IMG/VR virus record: IMGVR_UViG_3300021400_000949
Coordinates: 15,880-79,879 of that record
DNA length: 64,000 nucleotides
From: a virus
Taxonomy: Duplodnaviria; Caudoviricetes
Reading direction: 5' to 3' (one strand)
A program made the position numbers and the translations under genes. The notes under the pieces are model-generated. The model searched no databases. It was not told the origin of the DNA and worked only from the letters and a program-made list of their open reading frames with translations. The stretch's first letter is position 1, and each line of letters opens with the position of its first letter. Shown in pieces: positions 9,741 to 20,883 of the stretch.

Positions 9741-10664
9741 ATGAGACAGGCAGAAAATAGAGTTAGGATCGAAGGAATTTTATCAGAAACAGATATTAAT
9801 TATGGTTCTTTTCAGAGAAATGGACAGACTATTGAGTGTATAAGAGGTACAATTAAAGTCCTCGTAACACAGACAATAAATGGAGTTGTTATTGAGAACG
9901 AGATACCAGTTCATCTTTTTGCAAATAAGTTTACAAATCAGGGTAAACCAAACCCAGCTTATGATTCTATCGAAAAGATAAAGAATGATTTCGTTTCAAT
10001 CGCCGCAGCAGGTGGAGAAACTGGAGCAGACAGAGTAAGAATTACTTCTGGAAGAATTCAGATGAACGAATATTATAATGCAGATAAGAAGCTCGTATCT
10101 TTCCCAAGAATTTCAACTTCTTTTGTTACAAAGATAAGAAAAGATGAGTGTAAGCCAGAAGCTACTTTTTCAGTAGAAATGGTTATTGCAAATCAGGGAT
10201 ATGAGCTTGATGCTGATGGTGTAATAAAAGAACCTAAGAGATACCATATAAAGGGAATTATACCTGGATATGGTGATAGAGTTGATGTAGTTGACTTTGT
10301 ATGTTCAAATGAAAATGTTGTAAATGCAGTTTCAAGTTATTGGAACGATAATGATACTGTTAAGGCTAATGGTAGACTTAACTTTAGTTCAACAACAGAA
10401 GTAGTTAAGGAAGAGGTTGACTTTGGTGAGCCAATAGAAAGACAGCGTACAATTTCTGTAAGTGATCTTGTTATAACAGGTGGTTCACAGATGCCGCTCG
10501 AAGGAGAATTTGCATATAATCTGTCTGAAATTCAGTCAGCTCTTTCTGAAAGAAAGGCAAGACTTGAAGCACAGAAAGATAGTGATATTGCTAAGGCTAG
10601 ACAGAGAATGGCACCGGCTCCAGCAAACGAAAGCTCAAAAGGTATGTTGGACCTCGGATTCTAA
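9741..10664 (+). CDS. Probable single-stranded DNA-binding protein (double OB fold)
   Basis: ENRVRIEGIL N-terminus, two beta-rich halves, acidic/aromatic C-terminus LDLGF, adjacent to Sak4. Confidence 0.6.
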   Translation: MRQAENRVRIEGILSETDINYGSFQRNGQTIECIRGTIKVLVTQTINGVVIENEIPVHLFANKFTNQGKPNPAYDSIEKIKNDFVSIAAAGGETGADRVRITSGRIQMNEYYNADKKLVSFPRISTSFVTKIRKDECKPEATFSVEMVIANQGYELDADGVIKEPKRYHIKGIIPGYGDRVDVVDFVCSNENVVNAVSSYWNDNDTVKANGRLNFSSTTEVVKEEVDFGEPIERQRTISVSDLVITGGSQMPLEGEFAYNLSEIQSALSERKARLEAQKDSDIAKARQRMAPAPANESSKGMLDLGF

Positions 10665-10676
10665 GGAGGTTAACAT

Positions 10677-11639
10677 ATGCCTATAGATATCTTAAGTATT
10701 AAACCTAGTGTTATTTCTAGAGACTTAAGAGGCAAATATGTTCTTTTATATGGTAAAGCTAAAAGTGGAAAGACAACAGCAGCTTGTTCTTTCCCAAAAG
10801 CTTTACTGTGTGCATTTGAACGTGGTTATAATGCAATAGGCGGTGTAATGGCGCAGGACATAGTTCGTTGGTCGGACTTTAAATTAGTTCTTCGCCAATT
10901 AGAAAAGCCAGAAGCACGTGAGATGTTCGAAACAATAATAATAGACACTGTCTCTATTGCATGGGACCTTTGCGAGCAGTTTATCTGCGCGCAGAATGGT
11001 GTTCAAAAAATTGCTGATATTCCTTGGGGACAAGGATATAGTGCTTGCAAAAAAGAATTTGAATCAAGTCTTAGAAAAATAACCCAGTTGGGATATGGTG
11101 TAGTATTAATTTGCCATAATGCTACTCGTATTGAGAAGACTGCAGATGGTAGTGAGTTAGAGGTTATTTCTCCAGAATTACCAAAGCGCGCCGCAGAAAT
11201 CTGTAATGGAATTGTTGATATTATCGGCTATATTGGAAACGAATATAAGGATGGCGAAAATATGCGCTATCTTTATACGAGAGAAACACCTACATTATTT
11301 GCGGGTTCTCGTTTTAAATATTTGGCCCCAAAGATTCCTTTTGGATATAATGAACTTGTTCAGGCTATATCAGAAGCTATTGATAAAGCTGAGAAAATGG
11401 ACGGCGTAAAAGTGGTTGACCATATGAGTGAAAAGGTCGAGGAAAAGAGGTCTTTTGAATCAGTTCAGGCTGAAGCAAAAGCTTTATGGGAAGAATTAGT
11501 TAAAAAAGACCCCGAAAATGCTAAAAAGATTATGAAAAAAGTCGAAATGGTATTTGGTAGACCTATTAAACTTTCAGAGATTATGGAAGACCAGCAGGAT
11601 TTATTTGAATTAGTAGTTGCTGACATGAAGACTCTTTAA
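10677..11639 (+). CDS. Sak4-like AAA recombinase/annealing ATPase
   Basis: LLYGKAKSGKTT, IIIDT, VVLICH, DIIGY, AGSRF. Confidence 0.8.
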   Translation: MPIDILSIKPSVISRDLRGKYVLLYGKAKSGKTTAACSFPKALLCAFERGYNAIGGVMAQDIVRWSDFKLVLRQLEKPEAREMFETIIIDTVSIAWDLCEQFICAQNGVQKIADIPWGQGYSACKKEFESSLRKITQLGYGVVLICHNATRIEKTADGSELEVISPELPKRAAEICNGIVDIIGYIGNEYKDGENMRYLYTRETPTLFAGSRFKYLAPKIPFGYNELVQAISEAIDKAEKMDGVKVVDHMSEKVEEKRSFESVQAEAKALWEELVKKDPENAKKIMKKVEMVFGRPIKLSEIMEDQQDLFELVVADMKTL

Positions 11640-11654
11640 TTAATAATAAACTAT

Positions 11655-11684
11655 GAGCAGATATTGTATATATCTGCTCTTTTT
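11655..11684 (+). terminator. Intrinsic terminator
   Basis: GAGCAGATAT-tgtat-ATATCTGCTC followed by T5. Confidence 0.75.
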
Positions 11685-11688
11685 AAAT

Positions 11689-11717
11689 TTGCAAATTTTA
11701 AGAAATTGTGATATAAT
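11689..11717 (+). promoter_or_regulatory. Sigma70/A-type promoter
   Basis: TTGCAA-17nt-TATAAT, extended TGn. Confidence 0.7.
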
Positions 11718-11748
11718 ATTCTTAGAAGAAAGAAAGAGAGGTAAAATT

Positions 11749-12336
11749 ATGAAGTGTCCTTATTGTGGCCTTGAAATACAAAAAACAGAAAAAAATGTTA
11801 TTAAAAATGAAATTCAGGGTTTGGGTACTCGTAGTTATTATCATATTAAATGTCATGAATTGGCAAAAACTACACCTAAAAATGAATGGCCAGAGAAGAA
11901 AAAACAAGCAAAAGATAAAGCTGGAGAAATACAATTATGGGCAGAAATTATATATGATTATCTTTTAAGGTATCAAAGGATTTCTCCCGATTTTATGTTA
12001 ATAAAAAGACAGCTAGATAGTTTTGTTAATGGGAAATATGGTTATAAATATAAAGGGGTTTATCTTTCTGTTAAGTATTTTTATGAGATAAGAAATAAAT
12101 CTAATAATGAAGATAAATCAAATGGCGGCATTGGTATTGTTCCTTATGTTTATGAAGAAGCTAAATATTATTGGGAAGATAAAGCAAGAAAAGATGATAA
12201 ATTAGTTAATGATATAGAAAAACAAATTAATGAGTTAAGAAATAAAGAAATTAAAAGAGTTCCTTATGCTCAAAAGAAAAAGGAAACAAAAAAGAATTTA
12301 TCATTATCAGATGTTTTAGGAATGGGGGATGAGTGA
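11749..12336 (+). CDS. Zn-finger protein, probable helicase loader/replication accessory
   Basis: Start moved downstream of promoter (SD GAGAGG); CPYCG..YYH..C; GIGIVPYVYEEA motif; directly upstream of helicase. Confidence 0.55.
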   Translation: MKCPYCGLEIQKTEKNVIKNEIQGLGTRSYYHIKCHELAKTTPKNEWPEKKKQAKDKAGEIQLWAEIIYDYLLRYQRISPDFMLIKRQLDSFVNGKYGYKYKGVYLSVKYFYEIRNKSNNEDKSNGGIGIVPYVYEEAKYYWEDKARKDDKLVNDIEKQINELRNKEIKRVPYAQKKKETKKNLSLSDVLGMGDE

Positions 12337-13892
12337 TGTTATCAGATAAAAGTACAATACGTCAAATATTGGGCGGCCTTATGAAGCATCCTCAGTATTT
12401 AGACCAATCAGATAAGTATAATATAAGTGTTTCTGACTTTTCTAATAGATTTGAAAAGATTATATTTACAGCTATATATAATTTAAATAAAAATGGCTTA
12501 AAAAATATTCAGATTATTGATATTGAAAATTTTTTGGAAAGTGATAATTTAGCAAAAGATATTTTTGAGAAAAATAACGGAATTGAATTTTTACAAGATC
12601 TTGAAGATTTTGTTGAAGAAAGTAATTTTGATTATTATTATAATAAATTAAAGAAAATAAACTTATTGCGCGATTATCAAAAAATGGGGATTAATATAGA
12701 TGAATTCTATTGTGAAGACCTAACCGCGCCAAAAGCATTTGAAATTAATCAAGAGTTTGAAATATTAAGTGTCTCTGATATAACAGATAGAATTAAAAAG
12801 AAATTTTTATTAATTGAAAATAAATATTTAAAAAATGATGTAACTGAAGTAGAGAGCGCCGCCGAAGGATTGGATGAGTTAATACAAAGTTTTTATGAAC
12901 GAAGTGATGTAGGTTTACCGATCCAAGGTATTTATACAAACGAAATATTAAATGGCGCAAGAAAAGGTACTTTATGTATTAGGTCCGCGGGAAGTGGTAC
13001 AGGAAAAACAAGGCAAGCTGTAGGTGATGCATGTTATTTAGCTTTTCCTTTAAGGTATAATAGTAAAACTGAATCTTGGGAAAAGATTGGAAATAGTGAG
13101 AAGGTTTTATTTATCGCAACAGAGCAAGATTTTAATGAAATTAGAAAAATGATATTAGCATATTTAACTGATATAAATGAAAGTAGATTTAGATATGGTG
13201 ATTTTTCTAAAAGAGAAGAAAAAATTATTAATCAAGCTATTCAAGTAATGAGAGAATATGAAGATAATTTTTTTATTGTGAGAATGCCGAACCCGACAAT
13301 AGATTTAGTTAAAAATATTATACGAGAGAATTGTCTAACAAAAAATATAAGTTATGTATTTTATGACTATATATTTATAGGGCCATCATTGTTAAATGAG
13401 TTTAAAGGTTTTAATTTAAGAAACGATGAAGTTTTATTGATGTTTGCGACAGCTTTAAAGGATTTAAGTGTTGAGTTAAATATATTTATAATGACTTCAA
13501 CTCAGGTCAATGCAAATGCAGATGATAATAGAAATATAAGAAATGAAGCGAGTCTTGCAGGAGGGCGCGCGACCATAAATAAAGCTGATTATGGTTTAAT
13601 AATGGCAAGACCAACAAAAGAAGAATTAGAAGCGATTGAAAAATTGTGTGAAAAATACGGCGCGCCGAATATTGTAACAGATGTATTTAAAGTAAGAAGT
13701 GGACAATGGACACAAGTAAGAATTTGGTCTATTGTAGATTTAGGAACTTTAAAGAAAAAGGATATATTTATAACAAATTCTAGATTAGAAGCATTAGATG
13801 ACTTTACAGCTGATTTTAATTATATAATTCAAGATTTGTTACCGGAAGAAGAAGATAGAGTTAATAATATTATAGAAAGGATAACAAAATGA
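12333..13892 (+). CDS. dnaB: Replicative DnaB-like helicase
   Basis: RSAGSGTGKTR Walker A, VLFIATEQ, VFYDYI, TSTQVN, KADYG, KVRSG. Confidence 0.85.
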   Translation: MMLSDKSTIRQILGGLMKHPQYLDQSDKYNISVSDFSNRFEKIIFTAIYNLNKNGLKNIQIIDIENFLESDNLAKDIFEKNNGIEFLQDLEDFVEESNFDYYYNKLKKINLLRDYQKMGINIDEFYCEDLTAPKAFEINQEFEILSVSDITDRIKKKFLLIENKYLKNDVTEVESAAEGLDELIQSFYERSDVGLPIQGIYTNEILNGARKGTLCIRSAGSGTGKTRQAVGDACYLAFPLRYNSKTESWEKIGNSEKVLFIATEQDFNEIRKMILAYLTDINESRFRYGDFSKREEKIINQAIQVMREYEDNFFIVRMPNPTIDLVKNIIRENCLTKNISYVFYDYIFIGPSLLNEFKGFNLRNDEVLLMFATALKDLSVELNIFIMTSTQVNANADDNRNIRNEASLAGGRATINKADYGLIMARPTKEELEAIEKLCEKYGAPNIVTDVFKVRSGQWTQVRIWSIVDLGTLKKKDIFITNSRLEALDDFTADFNYIIQDLLPEEEDRVNNIIERITK

Positions 13893-14101
13893 CAAGAGAA
13901 GAAATTTTAGGAATTAAAGAAGTATTTAAAGAAGGAATGGGAGTTTATCTTTATGAGATGCAAGGTGAGCCAAATATGTTTGACTTAAAAGGTGAAGTTT
14001 TATATGTTGATGATATAGGACAAGTTCATGTTAGATGGGAAAATGGTAGTAGCCTCGCGTTAAATGTAAATTGTGATAGTTATAAATTACTAGAAAGGTA
14101 A
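13889..14101 (+). CDS. DUF4314-like SH3-fold protein
   Basis: G.V.YVDDIGQVHVRWENGSSLAL pattern. Confidence 0.7.
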   Translation: MTREEILGIKEVFKEGMGVYLYEMQGEPNMFDLKGEVLYVDDIGQVHVRWENGSSLALNVNCDSYKLLER

Positions 14102-14104
14102 TCC

Positions 14105-15157
14105 ATGGATTATAAAGAGATTATTGATAATTTAAAAATTGAATCGGTAATCGAATTAATGAAAAAACTCGGCGCGGATCGATATATAGAAAAAGAAACT
14201 CATATAATTTTTCCAACAATTTGTCATAATACTGATGCGGCAACTGCATCAATGAAACTTTATTTTTATAAAGATACAAAGATGTTTGTTTGTTATACAG
14301 AAGATAGTAATATGTCTATATTTAAATTTTTAAAGACTTATTATGAAACAAGACAAATTGAGTACGACTGGTTTGAAGATATATATAATGTTGTGTTAGA
14401 TTGCGCAAATTTAACAAAAACAGAAGGCTTTGAACCTGCGCGATATGATTCTTTAAAAGAAAGGTATAAAAAGAAAAGACAAACTCCTGGTCTTCCAAAC
14501 TATCCAAAGAATATTTTAGATATATTTACCAAGTATTATCCTGTTGAATGGTTAAATGATGGTATATCTAAAAAAGCTATGGATAAATATAATATTCGTT
14601 TTTCTATAAGTCAAAATAAAATCATAATTCCGCATTATGATGTTGAAAATAATTTAGTAGGAATTCGAGGCCGCGCCCTTAATCAATGGGAAGTTGAAAA
14701 TGTCGGTAAATATATGCCGGTTCAAGTAGAAGGTAAATGGTATAAGCATCCATTAAGTTTAAATCTTTTTGGATTAAATCAAAATAAAGAAAATATTAAA
14801 AAATATGGAGTTTGCTACGTTGGAGAGGCAGAAAAGTTTTGTCTACAATGTGAAAGCTTTAATATGGCTAATGTTTCTGTTGGGGTATGCGGCAGCCAGT
14901 TTAATAAATACCAATTAAATCTATTATTAAAATATTGTAACCCAAGAGAAATAATTATATGTTTTGATAAAGAAGAAAAAGAAGGAGAACACAAATATTT
15001 CGATAAATTATATGGTATTTGTGAAAAGTATAAAAATTACTGCAACTTTTCTTTTATCTATGATACAAAAAATTTATTAAGGTTAAAAGATTCACCTACC
15101 GATAGAGGTGAAGAAATCTTTAAAGAATTGTTAAGAGAGAGAGTAATAGTTAGATGA
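14105..15157 (+). CDS. DNA primase
   Basis: Zn-binding TICHN..C; IIIPHYD..LVGIRGR; Toprim YVGEAEK and IIICFDKE; KDSPTD. Confidence 0.8.
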   Translation: MDYKEIIDNLKIESVIELMKKLGADRYIEKETHIIFPTICHNTDAATASMKLYFYKDTKMFVCYTEDSNMSIFKFLKTYYETRQIEYDWFEDIYNVVLDCANLTKTEGFEPARYDSLKERYKKKRQTPGLPNYPKNILDIFTKYYPVEWLNDGISKKAMDKYNIRFSISQNKIIIPHYDVENNLVGIRGRALNQWEVENVGKYMPVQVEGKWYKHPLSLNLFGLNQNKENIKKYGVCYVGEAEKFCLQCESFNMANVSVGVCGSQFNKYQLNLLLKYCNPREIIICFDKEEKEGEHKYFDKLYGICEKYKNYCNFSFIYDTKNLLRLKDSPTDRGEEIFKELLRERVIVR

Positions 15158-16866
15158 AGGTTAGATTAGTAAATGAAAATATAACAAAAAACTATGCTGA
15201 GGAACTTTTAAAGGCGCGCGGCATAACAGATCCAGGAAAGTTTGTATATCCAACTCCTGATTGTCTTGAGACTTGGAAGAATTTAGATAATGTTACTCAG
15301 GGGGTTGAACTTATATTAAACACTTTAGATAGTTCCTTACCATATGCTTTAGTAGTTGACTGTGACGTAGATGGTTTTACTTCTTCAGCTATTTTATATC
15401 AGTACATTAAAAAATTAAATCCTAATAAGCAAATAGATTATTATATTCATACCGGAAAGCAGCATGGTCTTGAGGATAAATGGGAAGAAATCGCTCAACA
15501 TGTATATGCCGCCGTATTAATCCCAGACGCAGGAAGCAACGATAAGCAATATATAGAAAAATTATCTTGCCCCGTTTTAGTGTTAGACCATCATATTGTT
15601 GAAAGTGATGATTTCGCGCCAAATATGATTTTAATTAATAATCAAAGTTCTGCTCATTATCTTAATAAGGACATGTCTGGTGCGGGAGTAGTATGGCAAT
15701 TCTGTCGAGCTATTGATAATAAGTTGGGTTATAATTGTGCAGATGAATTTATTGATTTGGCAGCGCTCGGTATAGATGCAGATATGATGAGTATGTTGAA
15801 TTATGAAAATCAATATATAATTCAAAAAGGATTTAATAATATAAATAATTTTTTCTTTAAAATATTATTAGAAAAACAATCCTACTCAATGGGAAATCAA
15901 GTTAGCCCTATTTCTGTAGCTTTTTATATAGTACCAATGATTAATGCTATGATTCGAGTAGGGTCTGAAGAAGAAAAAAATAGATTATTTCTTGCTTTTA
16001 TTGACGGCCAACGACTCGTTCCTAGTCATAAACGCGGCGCCAAAGGAGAAATGGAACGCGTTGCGATTGAATCGGCGCGCGAATGTACAAATGCAAAATC
16101 GAGGCAAGATAAAACAAAAGAAAGAATTGTCGATAGTTTAGAACAAAAGATATTTAAACACGACTTACTTGAAAATCGTATTTTGTTTGTAAGACTAGAC
16201 GATGATGATGACTTCCCGGCTGAATTAAATGGTTTAGTTGCAATGCAACTTAGTGCTAAATATAGTAAACCTACAATAGTCGCGCGACTCAACCCCGAAG
16301 GATATATACGAGGAAGCGCGCGAGGTGTAAATAAGAGTGAATTAGACTCTTTTAAGAACTATTTAAATCATACTGGTTTATTCGAATATACAGTTGGGCA
16401 TGACAATGCTTTTGGTATTTCTATTTTAAATAAAAACCTTGATAATCTTCATAAAATCGCAAATGAAGAATTAAAAGATGTTGATTTTGGCGAAAGTGCT
16501 TATGATGTAAATTTTGTTCGTTCAGCTAAAGATGCAGACATTGAGAAGATAATTTATTCGCTCGACGAAATTAAGCATACTTGGGGACAAGGAAACGAAG
16601 AACCATTATTGTACATTGAGAATATCTTTATTACAAAAGACGATATTCAGGTAATTGGGAAGAATAAAGATACCTTAAAGTTTGAGAAAAACGGAGTTAC
16701 TTATATAAAATTTCGCGCAAAAAATGAAATTGAGAGCTTAAATGAGTTTAATGATATAAAAATAAATTTAGTTGGAAAAGGAAATGTTAATGAATGGATG
16801 GGGCAATATAAGCCTCAAATAATTATTGAAGACATGGAGATAATGGATAGTACACTTGAATTTTAA
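15154..16866 (+). CDS. recJ: RecJ-like DHH ssDNA exonuclease
   Basis: DCDVDG, IPDAG, VLDHH, LINNQ, SGAGV, GSARG, VGHDNAFG. Confidence 0.9.
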   Translation: MKVRLVNENITKNYAEELLKARGITDPGKFVYPTPDCLETWKNLDNVTQGVELILNTLDSSLPYALVVDCDVDGFTSSAILYQYIKKLNPNKQIDYYIHTGKQHGLEDKWEEIAQHVYAAVLIPDAGSNDKQYIEKLSCPVLVLDHHIVESDDFAPNMILINNQSSAHYLNKDMSGAGVVWQFCRAIDNKLGYNCADEFIDLAALGIDADMMSMLNYENQYIIQKGFNNINNFFFKILLEKQSYSMGNQVSPISVAFYIVPMINAMIRVGSEEEKNRLFLAFIDGQRLVPSHKRGAKGEMERVAIESARECTNAKSRQDKTKERIVDSLEQKIFKHDLLENRILFVRLDDDDDFPAELNGLVAMQLSAKYSKPTIVARLNPEGYIRGSARGVNKSELDSFKNYLNHTGLFEYTVGHDNAFGISILNKNLDNLHKIANEELKDVDFGESAYDVNFVRSAKDADIEKIIYSLDEIKHTWGQGNEEPLLYIENIFITKDDIQVIGKNKDTLKFEKNGVTYIKFRAKNEIESLNEFNDIKINLVGKGNVNEWMGQYKPQIIIEDMEIMDSTLEF

Positions 16867-16867
16867 T

Positions 16868-16896
16868 TTGATTTTTTATTAAAATTTTGGTATACT
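16868..16896 (+). promoter_or_regulatory. Sigma70/A-type promoter
   Basis: TTGATT-17nt-TATACT, extended TGn. Confidence 0.7.
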
Positions 16897-16926
16897 ATAT
16901 ATAGAAAGTAAGAAAGAGGTGAAGGA

Positions 16927-19900
16927 ATGGAGAAGTTAAGATATAGCGGAAGTTTACATAATCACACGATGTTCTCAAACCTTCGTCTACGTGATTGCAT
17001 TATCAAAGAAGATGAATTAATAAATTATGCAATAGAATTAGGACACAAAGTAGTGGCAATAACTGACCATGAAAGTGTTTCTAATTCTATTAAAGTACAA
17101 AAGATTTATAAAAAAATTAAGGAAAAGAACCCAGATTTTAAGATTATATTAGGAAATGAGATTTATCTCTGTAGAAATGGTTTAAATGCAGACAATTATA
17201 ATAGTGAAACAGATAGATATTATCATTTTATACTTTTAGCGAAGGATGAAATTGGACACAAGCAGATAAGAGAAATCTCAACAAGGGCATGGCGTCGTAG
17301 TTATATGGCGCGCGGTATGCGTAGAGTTCCAACTTATTATCAAGATTTATTTGAAGTAATTGGCGCGAACCCAGGTCATGTAATTGGATCAACGGCATGT
17401 TTAGGAGGTGCATTACCAACTCAGATTTTACGTGGAACATCAGAAGATAAGCTGGAAATATGGATTAAACAATTAAATAAGTTGTTTGGTCAAGGAAATT
17501 TTTATCTTGAGATGCAGCCATCAAATAATAAAGACCAGATAACTGTAAATAAAAAGTTGTTAGAGTTTAGTAAGAAGTTTAATGTGCCTTATATTATAAC
17601 AACAGATAGCCATTATTTAAAAAAAGAAGATAGAGCAATTCATAAAGCATATTTAAATGCGCAGAATGGTGATAGAGAGGTTGATGAATTTTATGCAACA
17701 ACGTATATGATGTCAACCGAAGAATTAGAAAGTTATTTTAAGTATTTTGATGATGAAGTTTTACAGAAGGCTTATCAAAATATTTTAGATATTGCAAATA
17801 AATGTGAAGATTATGATTTGATGAAACCTTTAAGAATTCCGGATTTGGTATGGAATACACCAAAGCATCAGGTCGCGCCGAGTAAATATTATGATAAGAT
17901 TCCATATCTTAAAACCTTTATGGAATCAGATTATATAGGTGACCATAAATTATGTAATGCAATTATTGAAGGAATTGAAACGCATCCCGATCTTCAGAAT
18001 GATAGAGCTTATAATGAGATAAATTCAAATCTTGAAATGACTTGGATAAGTTCAAAAGTAAATAATGCACATTGGTCAGCATATTATTTAAATCTTCAAA
18101 AGATAATTGATTTATGCTGGGAAGCGGGATCAATAGTAGGGCCAGGAAGAGGCTCAGGTGTTGGCTTTATATTGTTATATGTTTTAGGTATAACACAGAT
18201 AAATCCATTAAGAGAGACAACTCGTTGTTTTTCTTGGAGATTTTTAAATCCAGAACGTGTTAGTGTATTGGATGTTGACTTTGATATTGAAGGAAACCGC
18301 AGAAATGATGTTTTAAATAAATTTAGAGAGTTTTATGGTGATGATAGAGTTGCGAACGTTGCAACTTTTAGAACAGAAAAGTCAAAAAGTGCAATTCTTA
18401 CGGCGGCACGTGGTTTAGGAATTGATGTTGACATCGCGCAGTATATTGCAAGTTTGATTCCAGCAGATAGGGGTCAATTAAGAAGTCTTGACCAGTGTAT
18501 GTATGGCGATAAAGAAAATGGTTATAATCCGATTAAACAATTCGTATTTGAAATGACGGAAAATTATCCGGAATTATGGAATGTAGCTCATAGAATTGAA
18601 GGATTGGTTTGTGGATATGGAATGCATGCCGGCGGTGTAATTTTCGTTGATGAACCTTTTACAGAATCAACTGCATTAATGCGTGCGCCAGATGGTACGA
18701 TTTGTACACAATTTGACTTGCATGACTGTGAAGATGTTTCATTAATTAAGTATGATGCGTTATCGGTTGAAGCGATGGATAAAATTCATAATTGCATTGA
18801 TTTGATATGTGATTATGGATATGCAAAACGTGAAGCAACTTTAAAAGAAACTTATGAAAAACTGGTTGGAATTTATAGACTCGAAAGAGATAATAAAGAA
18901 ATGTGGAAAAAAGTTTGGAATCATGAGATACAAAGTTTGTTTCAAATGGAAAAACAATCAGGTATTCAGGGAATAGCAACTTTAAAGCCAACTTCAGTTG
19001 ATGATTTGGCAATCTTAAACTCAACTATTCGATTAATGGCGCAAGAAAAAGGCGGAGAAATGCCAACCGAAAAATTGGCACGATTTAAATCGAATCCGAA
19101 GGAATGGGATAGAGAGTTAGAGAGATATGGTTTAGGTCAAAAAGAAAAAGATATATTAAGTCCAGTTTTGGGAATGTCATATGGATTATGTATTGCGCAA
19201 GAGCAATTTATGGAGTTAGTTCAATTACCAGAACTTGGCGGTTTTTCATTGAGCTGGGCAGATAAACTTCGTAAATCAATAGCAAAGAAAAATCCAAAGG
19301 AATATGACTCGTTAACAAAAGAATTTTATGAAGTAACAAAAGAAAAAGGAATTAATCAACGGTTCGCGCATTATGTGTGGGATGTGTTGATAGCAATGAG
19401 TAAGGGTTATGGATTTAACCAGTCTCATACGTTAGCTTATTCATTAATTGCATTACAAGAAATGAATTTAGCATTTAAATATCCGATAATCTTTTGGAAT
19501 TGTGCGTGTTTGATAAATGATAGCGGCGGGATCACGAGTCTTGAGGAAGAAGAGGAAGAAGAATTAGAAAAAGAAGAAATAATATATGATAATACTTTAG
19601 ATTTTTCTTCAGAAGATGAGGATTCTGACGATGAAGATGAAGTAATAGAGAAAAAAGTTGATAAAAAGAAAAAATCAAAAGCAGTAAACTATGGAAAGAT
19701 AGCGAGTGCGATTGGTAAAATGAAATCAGAAGGTATTGAGGTAGCGCCGCCGAATATTAATACTTCAACTTTAACTTTTTCTCCAGATGTAGAACATAAT
19801 GTAATTCGTTATGGGCTAAGTGGAATAACAAAAATTGGTGAAGATTTAATTCAATCTATTATGAAAAATAGACCATATAATTCATTAGATGATTTTATCT

Positions 19901-20883
19901 CAAAAAATAAAGTGTCAAAACCGCAAGTTATTAATTTAATAAAATGTGGTGCATTTGATGAATTTGGTGATAGAATGGAAATAATGGAAGATTATGTTGA
20001 ATCAATTAGTGATAAGAAGAAAGAATTAAATCTTAGAAATGTGAAAATGTTAATTGATTTTGGTCTGTTACCAGAAGAGTTAGATTTTCAAAAAAGAGTG
20101 TTTAATTTTGATAAGTATTTAAAGAAATTTAAATATGATAAGTATTATGAATTAAATGAACAAACATTACCATTTTATGAAAACAATTTTGATATGGATT
20201 TGTTGGAAGGAGATGGCGCGCGACTTAGTATAAAACAAACTGAATGGAAAAAGATTTATGATAAGCAAATGGATGTTATTAGGAAGTATATAAAAGCTAA
20301 TCATAATGAATTATTAAAAAAGGTTAATAATAAATTATATAGTGATATTTGGGATAAGTATTGTTTAGGTAATTTAAGTAAGTGGGAAATGGATTCAGTT
20401 TCATATTATTCTCATGAACATGAATTAGCGCATGTTAATATGAAATATTATGGGTTTTCTGATTTTAAAGAAATGGATGAAACACCGGATATTGAAAGAG
20501 TTATTACAATAAAAGGTAAAGAAATTCCGATTTTTAAGATTAAAAGAATTATAGGAACTGTTTTAGATAGGGATAAATTAAAGAAAACCGTAACTTTATT
20601 AACAACAAGTGGCGTGGTGACTGTTAAAATTTATGGTGATGTATTCACTCATTATGATAAGCAGTTAAGTGAAAAAGGTGCAGATGGGAAAAAACATGTA
20701 ATTGAAAAATCTTGGTTAAGTAGAGGAAATAAAATTATAGTGTGTGGAATTAGGAGCGAAGATGGTTTTTTAGCAAAGAAATATTCAAGAACTCCGTGGC
20801 ATTTAGTTGAATTAATAACGCAGATTAATGAAGATGGAACAATTCAAATTCGTAGTGGAAGAATGGATGAGGTAGAGGAATGA
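16927..20883 (+). CDS. dnaE: DNA polymerase III alpha subunit (DnaE-type, family C)
   Basis: PHP LHNHT / AITDH / TTDSHY; GPGRGSG; FLNPERVSVLDVDFD; HAGGV; KYDAL; YGFNQSH; PPNINTS; no TAG in 1318 codons. Confidence 0.95.
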   Translation: MEKLRYSGSLHNHTMFSNLRLRDCIIKEDELINYAIELGHKVVAITDHESVSNSIKVQKIYKKIKEKNPDFKIILGNEIYLCRNGLNADNYNSETDRYYHFILLAKDEIGHKQIREISTRAWRRSYMARGMRRVPTYYQDLFEVIGANPGHVIGSTACLGGALPTQILRGTSEDKLEIWIKQLNKLFGQGNFYLEMQPSNNKDQITVNKKLLEFSKKFNVPYIITTDSHYLKKEDRAIHKAYLNAQNGDREVDEFYATTYMMSTEELESYFKYFDDEVLQKAYQNILDIANKCEDYDLMKPLRIPDLVWNTPKHQVAPSKYYDKIPYLKTFMESDYIGDHKLCNAIIEGIETHPDLQNDRAYNEINSNLEMTWISSKVNNAHWSAYYLNLQKIIDLCWEAGSIVGPGRGSGVGFILLYVLGITQINPLRETTRCFSWRFLNPERVSVLDVDFDIEGNRRNDVLNKFREFYGDDRVANVATFRTEKSKSAILTAARGLGIDVDIAQYIASLIPADRGQLRSLDQCMYGDKENGYNPIKQFVFEMTENYPELWNVAHRIEGLVCGYGMHAGGVIFVDEPFTESTALMRAPDGTICTQFDLHDCEDVSLIKYDALSVEAMDKIHNCIDLICDYGYAKREATLKETYEKLVGIYRLERDNKEMWKKVWNHEIQSLFQMEKQSGIQGIATLKPTSVDDLAILNSTIRLMAQEKGGEMPTEKLARFKSNPKEWDRELERYGLGQKEKDILSPVLGMSYGLCIAQEQFMELVQLPELGGFSLSWADKLRKSIAKKNPKEYDSLTKEFYEVTKEKGINQRFAHYVWDVLIAMSKGYGFNQSHTLAYSLIALQEMNLAFKYPIIFWNCACLINDSGGITSLEEEEEEELEKEEIIYDNTLDFSSEDEDSDDEDEVIEKKVDKKKKSKAVNYGKIASAIGKMKSEGIEVAPPNINTSTLTFSPDVEHNVIRYGLSGITKIGEDLIQSIMKNRPYNSLDDFISKNKVSKPQVINLIKCGAFDEFGDRMEIMEDYVESISDKKKELNLRNVKMLIDFGLLPEELDFQKRVFNFDKYLKKFKYDKYYELNEQTLPFYENNFDMDLLEGDGARLSIKQTEWKKIYDKQMDVIRKYIKANHNELLKKVNNKLYSDIWDKYCLGNLSKWEMDSVSYYSHEHELAHVNMKYYGFSDFKEMDETPDIERVITIKGKEIPIFKIKRIIGTVLDRDKLKKTVTLLTTSGVVTVKIYGDVFTHYDKQLSEKGADGKKHVIEKSWLSRGNKIIVCGIRSEDGFLAKKYSRTPWHLVELITQINEDGTIQIRSGRMDEVEE

